Origin: Bacteroidota bacterium
GTDB taxonomy: Bacteria > Bacteroidota > Ignavibacteria > Kryptoniales > JAKASW01
Direction of reading: 5' to 3'
NCBI GenBank assembly: GCA_021812985.1
Contig: JAKAMG010000008.1
Span: 9,681 to 73,680, forward strand
Length of the DNA stretch: 64,000 nt
Shown here piece by piece: positions 43,451-53,010 of the stretch. Position 1 is the first letter of the stretch; each line of letters starts with the position of its first letter. The notes below the pieces were generated by a model. The model was not told where the DNA came from. It did no database searches and worked only from the letters and a program-made list of their open reading frames with translations. A program made the translations under genes and the position numbers.

Positions 43451-44304
43451 GACTTGAGACCCTTCAGCGCTTTCTCCATTTCCTGGAATGTCGGCCTGTG
43501 GTCATGGAAGATCGTCCGCCTGGCAAACTCAACAGCTATCAGGGGCTGCATCCCCTTCGCGAACGCGACAACACCCGCTTTTATCGCCTCAAACATCCTT
43601 CCTTCTTCCTCTGCAGCGAGGTCAATGTTCGTGGCGAGGGGCTGGACAAAACCGTAAGACAGTAGTATGCCGAGGAACGTCCCAACGAGAGCAGCCGCCA
43701 CCTTGTGACCGATCTCAGCCGGGGGCCCGTCAATAGCTTGCATGGTTATGACGATGCCCAGTACCGCAGCAACGATTCCGAGTCCAGGCATAGAGTCGCC
43801 GATCTTCTGGAGTATCATACCGGGCTTCGCGCTCTCCTGATGATGCGTTTCAATATCAGCATCCATCAGCCCTTCGAGATCGAAAGGCTCCGCGCCGCCA
43901 ACGATAATGAGCCGCATCGTGTCTGTCAGAAAATGAATCATGTGAGTATCGGATAACAGCATCGGATACTTCGCGAAGATCTTACTCTTCTGAGGATTCT
44001 CGACATGCTGCTCGAGTCCAACAACTCCTTCCTTCTGACCTACAAGAAAGAGCTCATACATTAGCTTCAGGAGGTTGAGATAAAGTGCGCTGTTAGCCTT
44101 GCTTCCGGCAAAGACGCCGGTCACTTTTTTGAAGAGCTTTCCAAGGAGTTTGCCTGGCGCTGAAATCAGGAGTGCTCCTATGGAAGCCCCTATAATGATG
44201 AGGAACTCAGCATATTGGATCAGAACAAGGAAAGGTCCTCCTTCTATGGCAAAGCCGCCAAGAACGGCGACAAGGACCACTACTATTCCAATAATAACAA
44301 ACAA
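43447..44304 (-). CDS. motA: Flagellar motor stator protein MotA
   Basis: 285 aa. The N-terminus and four-TM layout resemble E. coli MotA (GGFAIEGGPFLVLIQYAEFLIIIGASIGALL). There is a 4-nt overlap with motB. Confidence 0.85.
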   Translation of the reverse strand: MFVIIGIVVVLVAVLGGFAIEGGPFLVLIQYAEFLIIIGASIGALLISAPGKLLGKLFKKVTGVFAGSKANSALYLNLLKLMYELFLVGQKEGVVGLEQHVENPQKSKIFAKYPMLLSDTHMIHFLTDTMRLIIVGGAEPFDLEGLMDADIETHHQESAKPGMILQKIGDSMPGLGIVAAVLGIVITMQAIDGPPAEIGHKVAAALVGTFLGILLSYGFVQPLATNIDLAAEEEGRMFEAIKAGVVAFAKGMQPLIAVEFARRTIFHDHRPTFQEMEKALKGLKS

Positions 44305-44424
44305 TTTTGCCCTCTCGATTTAGGTACTTCTACATTCATTATTTCGGTATCTCATCTTACCAACTTTAGGATCATTTTCCAAAAATGATTAAAAAATCTT
44401 AAGTAATTGCGGGTTCTTAAACTT

Positions 44425-44449
44425 CAATCGGCATAGGACGTTATATTTA
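44425..44449 (-). promoter_or_regulatory. Possible sigma-28 (FliA)-type promoter upstream of motAB
   Basis: The minus strand reads TAAA-N13-GCCGATTG, about 120 nt upstream of the motA ATG. The consensus is TAAA-N15-GCCGATAA, so the spacing is 2 nt short. Confidence 0.25.
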
Positions 44450-44469
44450 TAAAAGAAAGGGAGGACAAA

Positions 44470-45465
44470 ATGAGGAAGATATTTTTGGCAGCCGGCCTGG
44501 CGCTCACCCTCTTTGCGGCGGATGGCAGCCTGAAGGCACAGGAGGTTTCGTTCAGGGTTTTCTATTCCTCCCTTGCGCCTTACGGAGAATGGGTGAACAC
44601 ACCCGATTACGGGATGGGATGGCGCCCCTACGGCGTTCCCGCCGACTGGATGCCCTACACTTTCGGCCATTGGGTCTGGACTGATTACGGCTGGACCTGG
44701 GTTTCGGGATACCCATGGGGGTGGGCACCTTTCCACTACGGCCGTTGGACGTTGGACGCGCGCTACGGCTGGGTGTGGACACCCGGTTACGTCTGGGCAC
44801 CGGCCTGGGTACAATGGAGATGGGGAGGAGGATACTGCGGCTGGGCTCCACTGCCGCCCGGATTCCATTTCAGAGTAGACGTGGTGGTCGGACCTGACGA
44901 TTACAACTTCGGAGTTGGAATGCGCAGCTGGGTTTTCGTGCGCGCCGGAGAGATTGGCGACGCAAGATACAGGTTCGTCGACCGGGACGCGATACCGAGA
45001 GTCATGAATGGGACACGGAACGTCACCCGATTCAGATTCACGGCCAGCGGAGTCTACCAGACGGGCCTCCCTAGAGAGGAAGTTGAGAGAGTAGCCCGCA
45101 GGAGGATTCAGACTGTATCCGTGGTCAGGAGTGCCAGCGTAGGCCGTGAGAGTATCGTGGGGAGGAGCCTCCATATCTATTCGCCGGCTCCGATTGAGCC
45201 GCGTATAAGAAGCGAGCAGGAGGTGATAAGGCGCGAGAGGTCATACCAGGCCCCGGAACGGATTCGCGTGGAACCGCGCGAAGAAGGAAGGCCGCGCCAG
45301 GAGATGTCGCAACCCAATCCCCGTCAGGACAATAACGCCCCGCGCGTGGAGCGAGGGAGAGAAAACGCCCGGCCCGGGCGGGACGTCCCACGGAAGGAAA
45401 AAGACCAGCCGCGGGAACGCGACAAACACGGGAATGACAACAGAGGCCACGGCAGGTGGCACTAA
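44470..45465 (+). CDS. Secreted YXWGXW-repeat protein with Arg/Glu-rich C-terminal tail
   Basis: 331 aa with a signal peptide. Contains reiterated aromatic motifs (YGMGWRPYG, GHWVWTDYGWTWVSGYPWGWAP, HYGRWT, YGWVWTPGYVWAPAWVQW). The tail is RRERSYQAPERIRVEPREEGRPRQE... Confidence 0.65.
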   Translation: MRKIFLAAGLALTLFAADGSLKAQEVSFRVFYSSLAPYGEWVNTPDYGMGWRPYGVPADWMPYTFGHWVWTDYGWTWVSGYPWGWAPFHYGRWTLDARYGWVWTPGYVWAPAWVQWRWGGGYCGWAPLPPGFHFRVDVVVGPDDYNFGVGMRSWVFVRAGEIGDARYRFVDRDAIPRVMNGTRNVTRFRFTASGVYQTGLPREEVERVARRRIQTVSVVRSASVGRESIVGRSLHIYSPAPIEPRIRSEQEVIRRERSYQAPERIRVEPREEGRPRQEMSQPNPRQDNNAPRVERGRENARPGRDVPRKEKDQPRERDKHGNDNRGHGRWH

Positions 45466-45485
45466 CATCCGGCCGAGGGAAACCG

Positions 45486-45512
45486 AGCCCCGTTGACAAC
45501 GGGGCTTTTTTT
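45486..45512 (+). terminator. Rho-independent terminator
   Basis: AGCCCCGTT-GAC-AACGGGGCT followed by T7. Confidence 0.8.
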
Positions 45513-45567
45513 GTCAGCGGCTTATTCCGAAAAGTTTGAATAAATTGTCCGAAACAGACTAAGACAA

Positions 45568-46239
45568 ATGAAAATCCTGATAATCGAAGACGAAAAGAAG
45601 GTCGCAAGATTCCTTAAACTCGGGCTCGAAGCCGAACATCACCAGGTCGATAATTCGTTTGACGGCGAATCGGGCGAGAAACTCGCGCTTGCTCGCGAAT
45701 ACGACGTCATCGTTCTCGACATCATGCTCCCCGGGAAAAACGGAATAGAGGTCCTTAAGAGTATACGTAAAAGCGGAAGATCGACCCCGGTGCTCATACT
45801 CACGGCGAAGGGAACACTGGAAGACAAGGTGGAAGGTCTTGACGAAGGAGCTGACGACTACCTGGTCAAGCCGTTCGCCTTCGCCGAGTTCATAGCCCGC
45901 GTCCGTTCGCTCGGGAGAAGAAGCGGAGCCGACAAATCGACGGTGCTCAGGGTGGCAGACCTTGAACTGGACACGATGAAGAGGAAGGCAAAGCGCGGGG
46001 ACAGGGAGATCGAGCTTACCAATCGCGAGTACGCACTCCTCGAATACTTCGTCCGGAACGCAAACCGCGTACTCACCCGTACCCTGATATCTGAGCACAT
46101 CTGGGAATACAATTTCGACACAGGGACGAACATAGTGGAAGTTTACGTGAACAAACTGCGGAAGAAGATCGACTCGGACTCTACAAACAAGCTCATACAT
46201 ACCGTCCGGGGAGCGGGCTACATGATGAAAATCGAATGA
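45568..46239 (+). CDS. OmpR-family response regulator, CusR/CopR-like (heavy-metal type)
   Basis: 223 aa. MKILIIEDEKKVARFLKLGL...VIVLDIMLPGKNG...LTAKG...GADDYLVKPFAFAEFIARVRSL aligns closely with E. coli CusR as I recall it. Has a winged-helix C-terminus. Confidence 0.85.
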   Translation: MKILIIEDEKKVARFLKLGLEAEHHQVDNSFDGESGEKLALAREYDVIVLDIMLPGKNGIEVLKSIRKSGRSTPVLILTAKGTLEDKVEGLDEGADDYLVKPFAFAEFIARVRSLGRRSGADKSTVLRVADLELDTMKRKAKRGDREIELTNREYALLEYFVRNANRVLTRTLISEHIWEYNFDTGTNIVEVYVNKLRKKIDSDSTNKLIHTVRGAGYMMKIE

Positions 46240-47720
46240 TGTTTAAATCGATCAGGCTTAAGCTCACATTCTGGTATTCACTTCTTCTCCTGGCCGGGCT
46301 CGCAGTATTCGGTATATCCTCCTACCTTTACGCCGGCGCCATGCTCTTTCAGAACCTCGACCTTTCGCTGAGAAACGAGTCGGAATGGCTCCGAGAGATC
46401 CTTGAGGGAAAGCTTCACTCCGAAAGAGGTCGGATGCGTACTCCCAGGAATTCGATGCTTATCCCTCAGACACCCCAGGATACAGTCGGCGAGTCGGAGG
46501 ATCAGGGGGAAACGGAGGAAGACTTCGCAATATGGAACAAGATATACGAGCACTCGCTTCTTAACTCGAAGAAGCAGTTCGTTTACATCCTCGACAGAAG
46601 AGGGAGAATATTCTACAAGTCATACAACCTGGGTCAGGATTCACTCCCTTCGCCGCCATCACTGAAACCGTACGACGTAAGCGTCACCGAGGTATCTCTC
46701 GGGAAAGAGAAAATACGCCTCGCCGCGATGAACACTAAGTACTACAGGATACGCGTTGCATATCCCGTAGAACAAATCAACGATGTCCTTCAAAACCTTT
46801 TCTCGATCTTCCTCGTGATGATACCGATTGTCCTGGTGATATCCGTGGTCGGCGGATACTTCCTCGCGAAGAAATCGCTCCGTCCCGTCGAGGAGATAAC
46901 TCAGACCGCGAGAAAGATAACTGCCACAAACCTGCGTGAGCGCATACACGTCGGCAACCCCGAGGACGAAATAGGAAGGCTGACCGAGACGTTGAATGAC
47001 ATGATAGGAAGGCTCGAGACATCCTTCGAACAGGTGCAGCAGTTTTCGATGGACGCCTCGCACGAGCTCCGTACGCCACTGACCATTATGCGGGGAGAGA
47101 TTGAGCTCGCGCTAAGGGAAAGGAGCACGGCGGCCTCGCACAAAAAAACGCTCGCTAGTCTTCTCGAAGAGGTATTGAGAATGACAAGCATCGTCGAGGG
47201 GCTGATACTTCTCGCGAAGGCGGACAGCGGAAACGCCAAGCTGGACAGGAGGCCGACTAGACTTGACGCCCTCGTGGGCGAGATGAAGGAGGACGCGGAG
47301 ATACTCGCCGAGCAGAAAGACATCGGCGTCACCATCTCGAGGCTGGACAAGGTCACGGTTGCGGGAGACTCCGTCCGACTCCGGCAGCTCATGCTGAATC
47401 TGATAGACAATGCGATCAAGTACACACCGAACGGCGGGCATGTCACACTTCGACTCGAGCGAATTGACGGCGAGGCGCACTTCTCTGTCGAGGACACGGG
47501 GATCGGCATACCCCCCAACGAGCTTAGGAAGATATTCAACCGCTTCTACAGGGTGGACAAGAGCAGGAGCCGGCTCCCCGATGGACTCGGACTGGGGCTA
47601 TCGATATCGAAGTGGGTTGCCGAGGCACATGGTGGGAGCCTCCGCGCCGAAAGCGAAGTCGGAAAGGGGAGCCGCTTCACCGTAGTACTTCCGATTCTTG
47701 TTTCCACTCCCGATCATTAA
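46236..47720 (+). CDS. Sensor histidine kinase, CusS-like (2 TM, HAMP, HisKA, HATPase_c)
   Basis: 494 aa. H-box FSMDASHELRTPLT, N-box NLIDNAIKYT, G-boxes DTGIGI and GLGLGLSI. ATGA-type 4-nt overlap with the regulator gene. Confidence 0.85.
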   Translation: MMFKSIRLKLTFWYSLLLLAGLAVFGISSYLYAGAMLFQNLDLSLRNESEWLREILEGKLHSERGRMRTPRNSMLIPQTPQDTVGESEDQGETEEDFAIWNKIYEHSLLNSKKQFVYILDRRGRIFYKSYNLGQDSLPSPPSLKPYDVSVTEVSLGKEKIRLAAMNTKYYRIRVAYPVEQINDVLQNLFSIFLVMIPIVLVISVVGGYFLAKKSLRPVEEITQTARKITATNLRERIHVGNPEDEIGRLTETLNDMIGRLETSFEQVQQFSMDASHELRTPLTIMRGEIELALRERSTAASHKKTLASLLEEVLRMTSIVEGLILLAKADSGNAKLDRRPTRLDALVGEMKEDAEILAEQKDIGVTISRLDKVTVAGDSVRLRQLMLNLIDNAIKYTPNGGHVTLRLERIDGEAHFSVEDTGIGIPPNELRKIFNRFYRVDKSRSRLPDGLGLGLSISKWVAEAHGGSLRAESEVGKGSRFTVVLPILVSTPDH

Positions 47721-47804
47721 CATTTATTAATCTTCATTTCATTGCCTTCGAGAACCCGAACAGGCTATGTTTTACAAAAATTAAAACAAAAAGGAGAGGT
47801 AAAA

Positions 47805-48134
47805 ATGAAGAAAATAGCCCTTTTGATGGTACTCGCCTCCTTTGTAGCCTTCGGGTCGGTGTACGCGCAGTCCACCCAATCGAAGAAGGAGGAGAAGCAC
47901 GAAATGTCGATGAAGTCGCGGAAAAAGATGGAAAAGTCCGCCGAGAAAAAGGCAGAGAAGAAAGAACACGCGATGAAGTCGAAGACTGAGAAAAAAGAAC
48001 ACGCAATGAAGGCAAAGACTGAGAAGAAAGAGCACGAGATGAAGTCGAAGGCCGAGAAGAAGGAATGGAAGGCCAAGAAGCATGAGATGAAGGCAAAGAA
48101 AGAGATGAAAAAGGAAGTAATGAAGAAGAAGTAA
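47805..48134 (+). CDS. Secreted Lys-rich protein with reiterated HxM motifs (candidate periplasmic metal-binding protein)
   Basis: The start is at ATG 47805 after AAGGAGAG. Signal peptide MKKIALLMVLASFVAFGSVYA|Q. The mature part is roughly 40% Lys, with five HEM/HAM motifs and three tandem 11-aa units (EKKEHAMKSKT). Confidence 0.7.
   Translation: MKKIALLMVLASFVAFGSVYAQSTQSKKEEKHEMSMKSRKKMEKSAEKKAEKKEHAMKSKTEKKEHAMKAKTEKKEHEMKSKAEKKEWKAKKHEMKAKKEMKKEVMKKK
47955..48053 (+). repeat. 3 x 33-nt in-frame tandem repeat inside the Lys-rich gene
   Basis: Encodes EKKEHAMKSKT / EKKEHAMKAKT / EKKEHEMKSKA. The DNA units differ at only a few positions. Confidence 0.8.
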
Positions 48135-48161
48135 TCTTTTCAATTCTTGCCCAAGAGCAAC

Positions 48162-48192
48162 AAAAAAGTCCGCCCGCCGGCGGACTTTTTTT
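48162..48192. terminator. Bidirectional intrinsic terminator
   Basis: AAAAAAGTCCGCC-CGCC-GGCGGACTTTTTTT lies between convergent genes. Confidence 0.8.
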
Positions 48193-48242
48193 ATGCCTGT
48201 CAATGAAGGCTACCCCGAACGGGGGGAGCCGTCTTATTGCTT

Positions 48243-49634
48243 TTAGTGTCTTCCTACCTCTGTCAGCTTGTAGGGATCGAGAATTTCGTTCAGGAGTTTC
48301 TCGTCCACGAGCTTCTTTTCAAGGAGGACTGCGCGCACTGTTCTGTTATGCGCGACGGCCTCTTTAACCACCTCGGCGGCCTTGAGGTAACCAATGTGCG
48401 GAGTTAGCGCCGTAACGATGCTAACGCTCTTCTCCGCAAAGTCCCTGCACACCGCCTCGTCTGCTGAAATCCCATCGACGCACTTGACCCTCAGGACTCG
48501 CAAGGCGTTTCTGTAAATCTCCAGAGCGAATGTAAGGTTGAATCCTATCACCGGCATCATCACGTTAAGCTCGAGCTGCCCTGCCTGCGTCGCGTATGCG
48601 ACAGTCGTGTCGAGGCCAATCACCTGGAACGAAACCATGTTGACCATTTCGAGTATGCTCGGGTTTACCTTTCCCGGCATGATCGAAGAACCAGGCTGGA
48701 CCGGTGGGAGTATTATCTCGGCGAGACCAGTCCTCGGCCCGCTGCTCAGGAGGCGCAGGTCGTTCGCGATTCTTGTGATGTCAAGCGCGAGGTTGCGGAG
48801 CGAGCCGCTCAAAGAGGCCGCGCCAGCCATGCTCTGCATCGCCTCGAAATAATTCTTCGCTTGCTTGAAGGCTATTCCGGTCAGCTTCTCGAGCTGTCCA
48901 GGCATCTTCTCTCTGTACTTCGGGTCCGAGTTGACACCGGTTCCGACGGCCGTCCCACCGATACCCAGGTATGTCAGGTCTTCGCGAACGCTCCTTATCC
49001 TTTCGATGTGCCCGCGCACGCATGCGGCATATCCAGAAAACTCCTGTCCCAGCCTGATGGGCGTCGCATCCTGAAGATGGGTTCTCCCCGACTTGATCAC
49101 GTGGTCAAATTCCTTCGCCTTCGTCTGGAACGACTGTTCCAACTCATCAAGGACGGGAAGGAACTTATCGACGAGGAGGATCGCAGAGACGCGTATGACC
49201 GTCGGTATGAGGTCGTTCGTCGACTGGGCCATGTTGACATCGTCGTTGGGGTTGATGACTGAATAGTCGCCTCGCTTGCCGCCGAGTATTTCAATAGCGC
49301 GGTTGGCGAGCACCTCGTTTGCGTTCATGTTATGAGAGGTTCCCGCGCCTGCCTGGAACACGTCTACCACGAACTGCTCCTGCATTTTTCCGGCAAGTAC
49401 CTCGTCGCATGCCTTGACGATCGCGTCTGCTTTCTTCTTGTCGAGAAGCCCTATCTCATTGTTGACGATGGCTGCCGCCTTCTTCACCAGCACGGTTGCC
49501 CTGATCCAATCGGGGTGCGGCTTCAGTCCGCTGATCGGAAAGTTTTCGACGGCCCTTTGTACCTGTACGCCGTAGTACGCATCCACCGGAACTTTCAATT
49601 CACCAAGCGAGTCTTTTTCAATTCGGTATTCCAT
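48243..49634 (-). CDS. aspA: Class II fumarase/aspartase family lyase, aspartate ammonia-lyase-like
   Basis: 463 aa with the signature GSSIMPGKVNP. YYGVQ..RA.ENFPISG, QAGAGTS, RLLSSGPRTGL.EI.LP and QLELNVMMPVIG look more like AspA than FumC, although some segments are FumC-like. Confidence 0.6.
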   Translation of the reverse strand: MEYRIEKDSLGELKVPVDAYYGVQVQRAVENFPISGLKPHPDWIRATVLVKKAAAIVNNEIGLLDKKKADAIVKACDEVLAGKMQEQFVVDVFQAGAGTSHNMNANEVLANRAIEILGGKRGDYSVINPNDDVNMAQSTNDLIPTVIRVSAILLVDKFLPVLDELEQSFQTKAKEFDHVIKSGRTHLQDATPIRLGQEFSGYAACVRGHIERIRSVREDLTYLGIGGTAVGTGVNSDPKYREKMPGQLEKLTGIAFKQAKNYFEAMQSMAGAASLSGSLRNLALDITRIANDLRLLSSGPRTGLAEIILPPVQPGSSIMPGKVNPSILEMVNMVSFQVIGLDTTVAYATQAGQLELNVMMPVIGFNLTFALEIYRNALRVLRVKCVDGISADEAVCRDFAEKSVSIVTALTPHIGYLKAAEVVKEAVAHNRTVRAVLLEKKLVDEKLLNEILDPYKLTEVGRH

Positions 49635-49848
49635 TTTGATTCCTTTCGATTAGGATATAATCTTCGTCTGACGGGGGGCCGTTGGCCGGAGGCCCGTGCG
49701 GTTCAACGTTTTATTTGGTGTAAAAACAGATCACTCTTCAAATTGAAGCCGGAGAAAGCCTTGCCACCCGCGGATGCAGGCCTCAGACTTCTTAATTGCC
49801 GCGGAAAACTACGGGCGGTGACGCAATCCGCCTCCCCCACACCATCAC

Positions 49849-50496
49849 CTAGTTCCTCCTGAGAAGTGTGCCATCCTCGACGTCGTCTGTCCCGATGACC
49901 TTCACGCCCCTCCTCGACCAGGCCTCGATCAGCTCCTTTCCCTTCTCCTCACGTATAGCCCGGACGGCGTCCTCCACGAGATAAAGATTGTATTTGCCGA
50001 TACGCAGAAAGCCTTCGATCGCGTGGGCGTCACAGACATCAAGAGCGACGCCATAAACAACTATGTCTGTGGGTCCAATGACATCGAGGAGGTCGACTAC
50101 GTTCGGGTTGGAGAAGACGTCGAACCTCTGTTTTCTGAAAATGACCTCGCCGCGATGACCGGTGACAGATTGTTTCAGGGCCGCCGCATCGTATTTGACG
50201 GTATCGATCCAGAGGGGGTTCAGGGGTTTCGTCGATTCAACCTTCTCCTGACCCGGCGTCCCCCGCAGGCAATGCGCCGGATAAGTTTCCTGAAAATCAG
50301 GCGATTCGGAAATCTCAGCGTCGGTGACGAGGTGGTAATCGACAGATCCGCATATCTGTATGCCGTTCCTCCGCGCGTATTCGGTAAGGCGCTTCAAGTT
50401 CTGAGATATCCTCTCCGCCCCCTTCACGTATAGCTTCCCGTCGGGCATCATAAAATCGTATTGAGTATCGACATCCCAGAAAATCACTTTCGTCAT
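49849..50496 (-). CDS. pncA: Isochorismatase-family hydrolase, nicotinamidase (PncA)-like
   Basis: 215 aa. Contains FWDVDTQYDFM, DYH, YPAHCLRGTPG and VVYGVALDVCD (catalytic Cys). Confidence 0.65.
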   Translation of the reverse strand: MTKVIFWDVDTQYDFMMPDGKLYVKGAERISQNLKRLTEYARRNGIQICGSVDYHLVTDAEISESPDFQETYPAHCLRGTPGQEKVESTKPLNPLWIDTVKYDAAALKQSVTGHRGEVIFRKQRFDVFSNPNVVDLLDVIGPTDIVVYGVALDVCDAHAIEGFLRIGKYNLYLVEDAVRAIREEKGKELIEAWSRRGVKVIGTDDVEDGTLLRRN

Positions 50497-50612
50497 GGAG
50501 TCGCTCCCGTCAGGTTTTCAATTTTCGAATCAGACATTATATCCAGTCAGTCCACGCGTATGAGCCATCGGAGCGCCATCTTGGTGGACCCTCGCTTCAC
50601 GAACCCAAACCT

Positions 50613-51065
50613 CTATTTTGTTTCTTCCGAAGAGTTGGGGCCGTCGTTCTTCGCGAACGCCTCTTCGAGCGTGTGCCAGCCGAGCGTCGCGCACTTCACC
50701 CGAACTGGAAATTTAGCCACCCCCTGGAGAGAAATGGCGTCGCCCATCTCCTCGCCGTACTCGCCTTCGGTTCCCTTTACCATGTCGTAGAATCTGGAGG
50801 CCAGCTTCTTCGCTTCCTCGATCGATTTTCCCTTGACAAGGTCGGTCATGATGGATGCCGATGCCTGACTGATGGAGCATCCGGCGCCGGAGAACCTGGC
50901 GTCCGCAATTATTCCATTCTTGATTAGTACGGACACCTGGACGTCGTCACCGCACGACTCATTGAAGCCGCGCGAGCTGTAGGTAGGATTTGGTATCAGG
51001 CCGTGGTTGTGCGGGTGCTGATAATGGTCCAGTATTATCTCAGTGAACAAATCATTTAGTGACAT
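50613..51065 (-). CDS. sufU: SUF-system Fe-S cluster scaffold SufU/NifU-like protein
   Basis: The start is at MSLNDLFTEIILDHYQHPHNHG (ATG 51065, overlapping the sufS stop). Contains NESCGD, GAGCSISQASAS and the C-terminal cysteine motif RVKCATL. Confidence 0.85.
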   Translation of the reverse strand: MSLNDLFTEIILDHYQHPHNHGLIPNPTYSSRGFNESCGDDVQVSVLIKNGIIADARFSGAGCSISQASASIMTDLVKGKSIEEAKKLASRFYDMVKGTEGEYGEEMGDAISLQGVAKFPVRVKCATLGWHTLEEAFAKNDGPNSSEETK

Positions 51066-52293
51066 CTGCCTTCTTCCTCGGTCTAAACAGAGCGATTCCT
51101 TTTTCGAGAGCCGATGCAAGCACTTCGACATCGGACTTGTCGTTGTAGATGTAGAAGCTTGCGCGTGCCGTGGATTGCACCTGGAGTTTTCTCATCAGGG
51201 GCTGGGCGCAGTGGTGTCCCGCCCTGATGGCCACGCCTTCTGAGTCAAGTATGGTAGATATGTCGTGCGGGTGGACGTTTTCGACGGTAAAGGAGACAAC
51301 CCCAGTGCCGGTAGTCTTCGGTCTAAATATGCGGACCCCCTCGATCTCCGCGAGCCGTCGGGCCGCATAATCGCCTAACGCGATCTCGTGTTCCTCCACC
51401 TCCTTGAGCCCAACCGCCTCAAGGTATTCAACAGCGGCCTTCAGGCCGACCGCGCCGGCTATGTTCGGCGTTCCCGCCTCGAACTTGTAAGGCGGTTTCG
51501 CATAGTTCGACGTCGTGGGGAAAACCTCGTTGATCATTTCTCCCCCGCCAAGGAAAGGCTCCATGCGTTCCAACAACTCGTACCTGGCGTAGAGAGCCCC
51601 GATCCCGGTCGGCCCACACATCTTGTGTCCGCTGAGGGCGTAGAAATCACAACCTATTTCGCGCACATCGACTGGCATGTGAGGGGCGCTCTGCGCGCCG
51701 TCCACGATTGCTATCGCACCGGCTTCATGAGCCAGCCGGCAAATCTCTTTTACGGGATTAATCGTTCCGAGGACGTTGGATACGTGGACGACCGAAACGA
51801 CCTTTGTCCTTGGGCCTATGTTGTCCTTCAACGACTGAAGGTCGAGCTGGAAGTCAGAGTTCATTCTTATAAACTTCAGGACCGCTCCGGTGTGGCGCGA
51901 GATTATATGCCACGGCACGAGATTGCTGTGGTGTTCCATGTCGCTGAGGATTACCTCGTCACCCTTCTTGAGGTTGTTCAATCCCCAGGCGTAGGCGATC
52001 AGGTTGAGAGACTCCGTCGCGTTGCGCGTGAACACGATCGACTCCGCTCTCTCTGCGTTGATGAATCGGGCAACGGCCGTTCTCGAGTTCTCGTATAAAT
52101 CCGTCGCCAGCTGGCTGAGTTCATATGTTCCTCTGTGGACGTTCGCGTTGTAGCGGGAATAGTACTCGCTAACGGCGTCGATCACCCGCGCCGGCTTCTG
52201 GGTAGTGGCGGCGCTGTCCAAATAAATGAGGGGCTTCCCCTTTTCCCTCCAGTTCGCGAATATCGGGAAATCGTTCTTGATATCACTTCGCAT
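51052..52293 (-). CDS. sufS: Cysteine desulfurase SufS (class V aminotransferase, group II)
   Basis: 413 aa. Contains YLDSAATTQKP, HSNLVPW, SGHKMCGPTGIG (PLP Lys) and RAGHHCAQP (catalytic Cys loop). Confidence 0.92.
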   Translation of the reverse strand: MRSDIKNDFPIFANWREKGKPLIYLDSAATTQKPARVIDAVSEYYSRYNANVHRGTYELSQLATDLYENSRTAVARFINAERAESIVFTRNATESLNLIAYAWGLNNLKKGDEVILSDMEHHSNLVPWHIISRHTGAVLKFIRMNSDFQLDLQSLKDNIGPRTKVVSVVHVSNVLGTINPVKEICRLAHEAGAIAIVDGAQSAPHMPVDVREIGCDFYALSGHKMCGPTGIGALYARYELLERMEPFLGGGEMINEVFPTTSNYAKPPYKFEAGTPNIAGAVGLKAAVEYLEAVGLKEVEEHEIALGDYAARRLAEIEGVRIFRPKTTGTGVVSFTVENVHPHDISTILDSEGVAIRAGHHCAQPLMRKLQVQSTARASFYIYNDKSDVEVLASALEKGIALFRPRKKADVTK

Positions 52294-52418
52294 GGTCGCA
52301 GCGATCCTTTCGATAAAACACTCGGTACTTTAAAAACTCCTTCCGTATGGAAGGGCCGCGAAAAGCGCCCTTCCGCATTCCGGGTTCTAAGTTAACGCCC
52401 GGGGCCTAGCAATTCAAT

Positions 52419-52949
52419 TCAACGGCGGAGGGCAATCATCAGCGTTGCGACTCCCGAGAAGATGAGCGCAACGTCCCTGAACACCGCCAGTATTTGCTGG
52501 ACAGCGTTAAATGTGGAGCCGGGGACTATAATAGTGTCGCCCGGGAGAAGAAGAGGCGTCTTCTCACCCGTATCCTGGTAATGATTCAGGTCTATCGGCA
52601 TCACTTCAGTGGCGTATGTCGAATCGGATCTCAAAATCTGGCGCACTATCCGCACGTTGTCAAGTTCCGCATGTTCGAGGGGACCACCACCAAGCGATAT
52701 AAGTTGGACCAGGTCTGTGGAACTCGGGACCTCGTATCTCCCGGGATTCCTGACGAAGCCCCACAAATTCACCGCGATCGTCAACCCTTCCTTCCCCCCG
52801 AGATAATAGTAGGAAGGTGCATTTGAGCCGACCGGTGTTGTGCCTGCCCCGAACAAGCCCTGGGCGGATGCGGATTTAAGATCGTACAAAACCGTCAAGC
52901 AGAAAAGACAGGCTAACGTTCTCTTTGCCATTTCCGACCTCTCTTTCAT
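52419..52949 (-). CDS. SLBB-domain (polysaccharide-export-like) protein with C-terminal TM helix
   Basis: 176 aa with a signal peptide. VNLWGFVRNPGRYEVPSSTDLVQLISLGGGP and LLLPGDTIIVP match the SLBB/Wza-type soluble-ligand-binding beta-grasp pattern. Confidence 0.55.
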   Translation of the reverse strand: MKERSEMAKRTLACLFCLTVLYDLKSASAQGLFGAGTTPVGSNAPSYYYLGGKEGLTIAVNLWGFVRNPGRYEVPSSTDLVQLISLGGGPLEHAELDNVRIVRQILRSDSTYATEVMPIDLNHYQDTGEKTPLLLPGDTIIVPGSTFNAVQQILAVFRDVALIFSGVATLMIALRR

Positions 52950-53010
52950 CTAGTGCGGAACCCGAATTCTCCCTCAATGCCAGCATATACTGGGAGTTGA
53001 TATCTATGTT

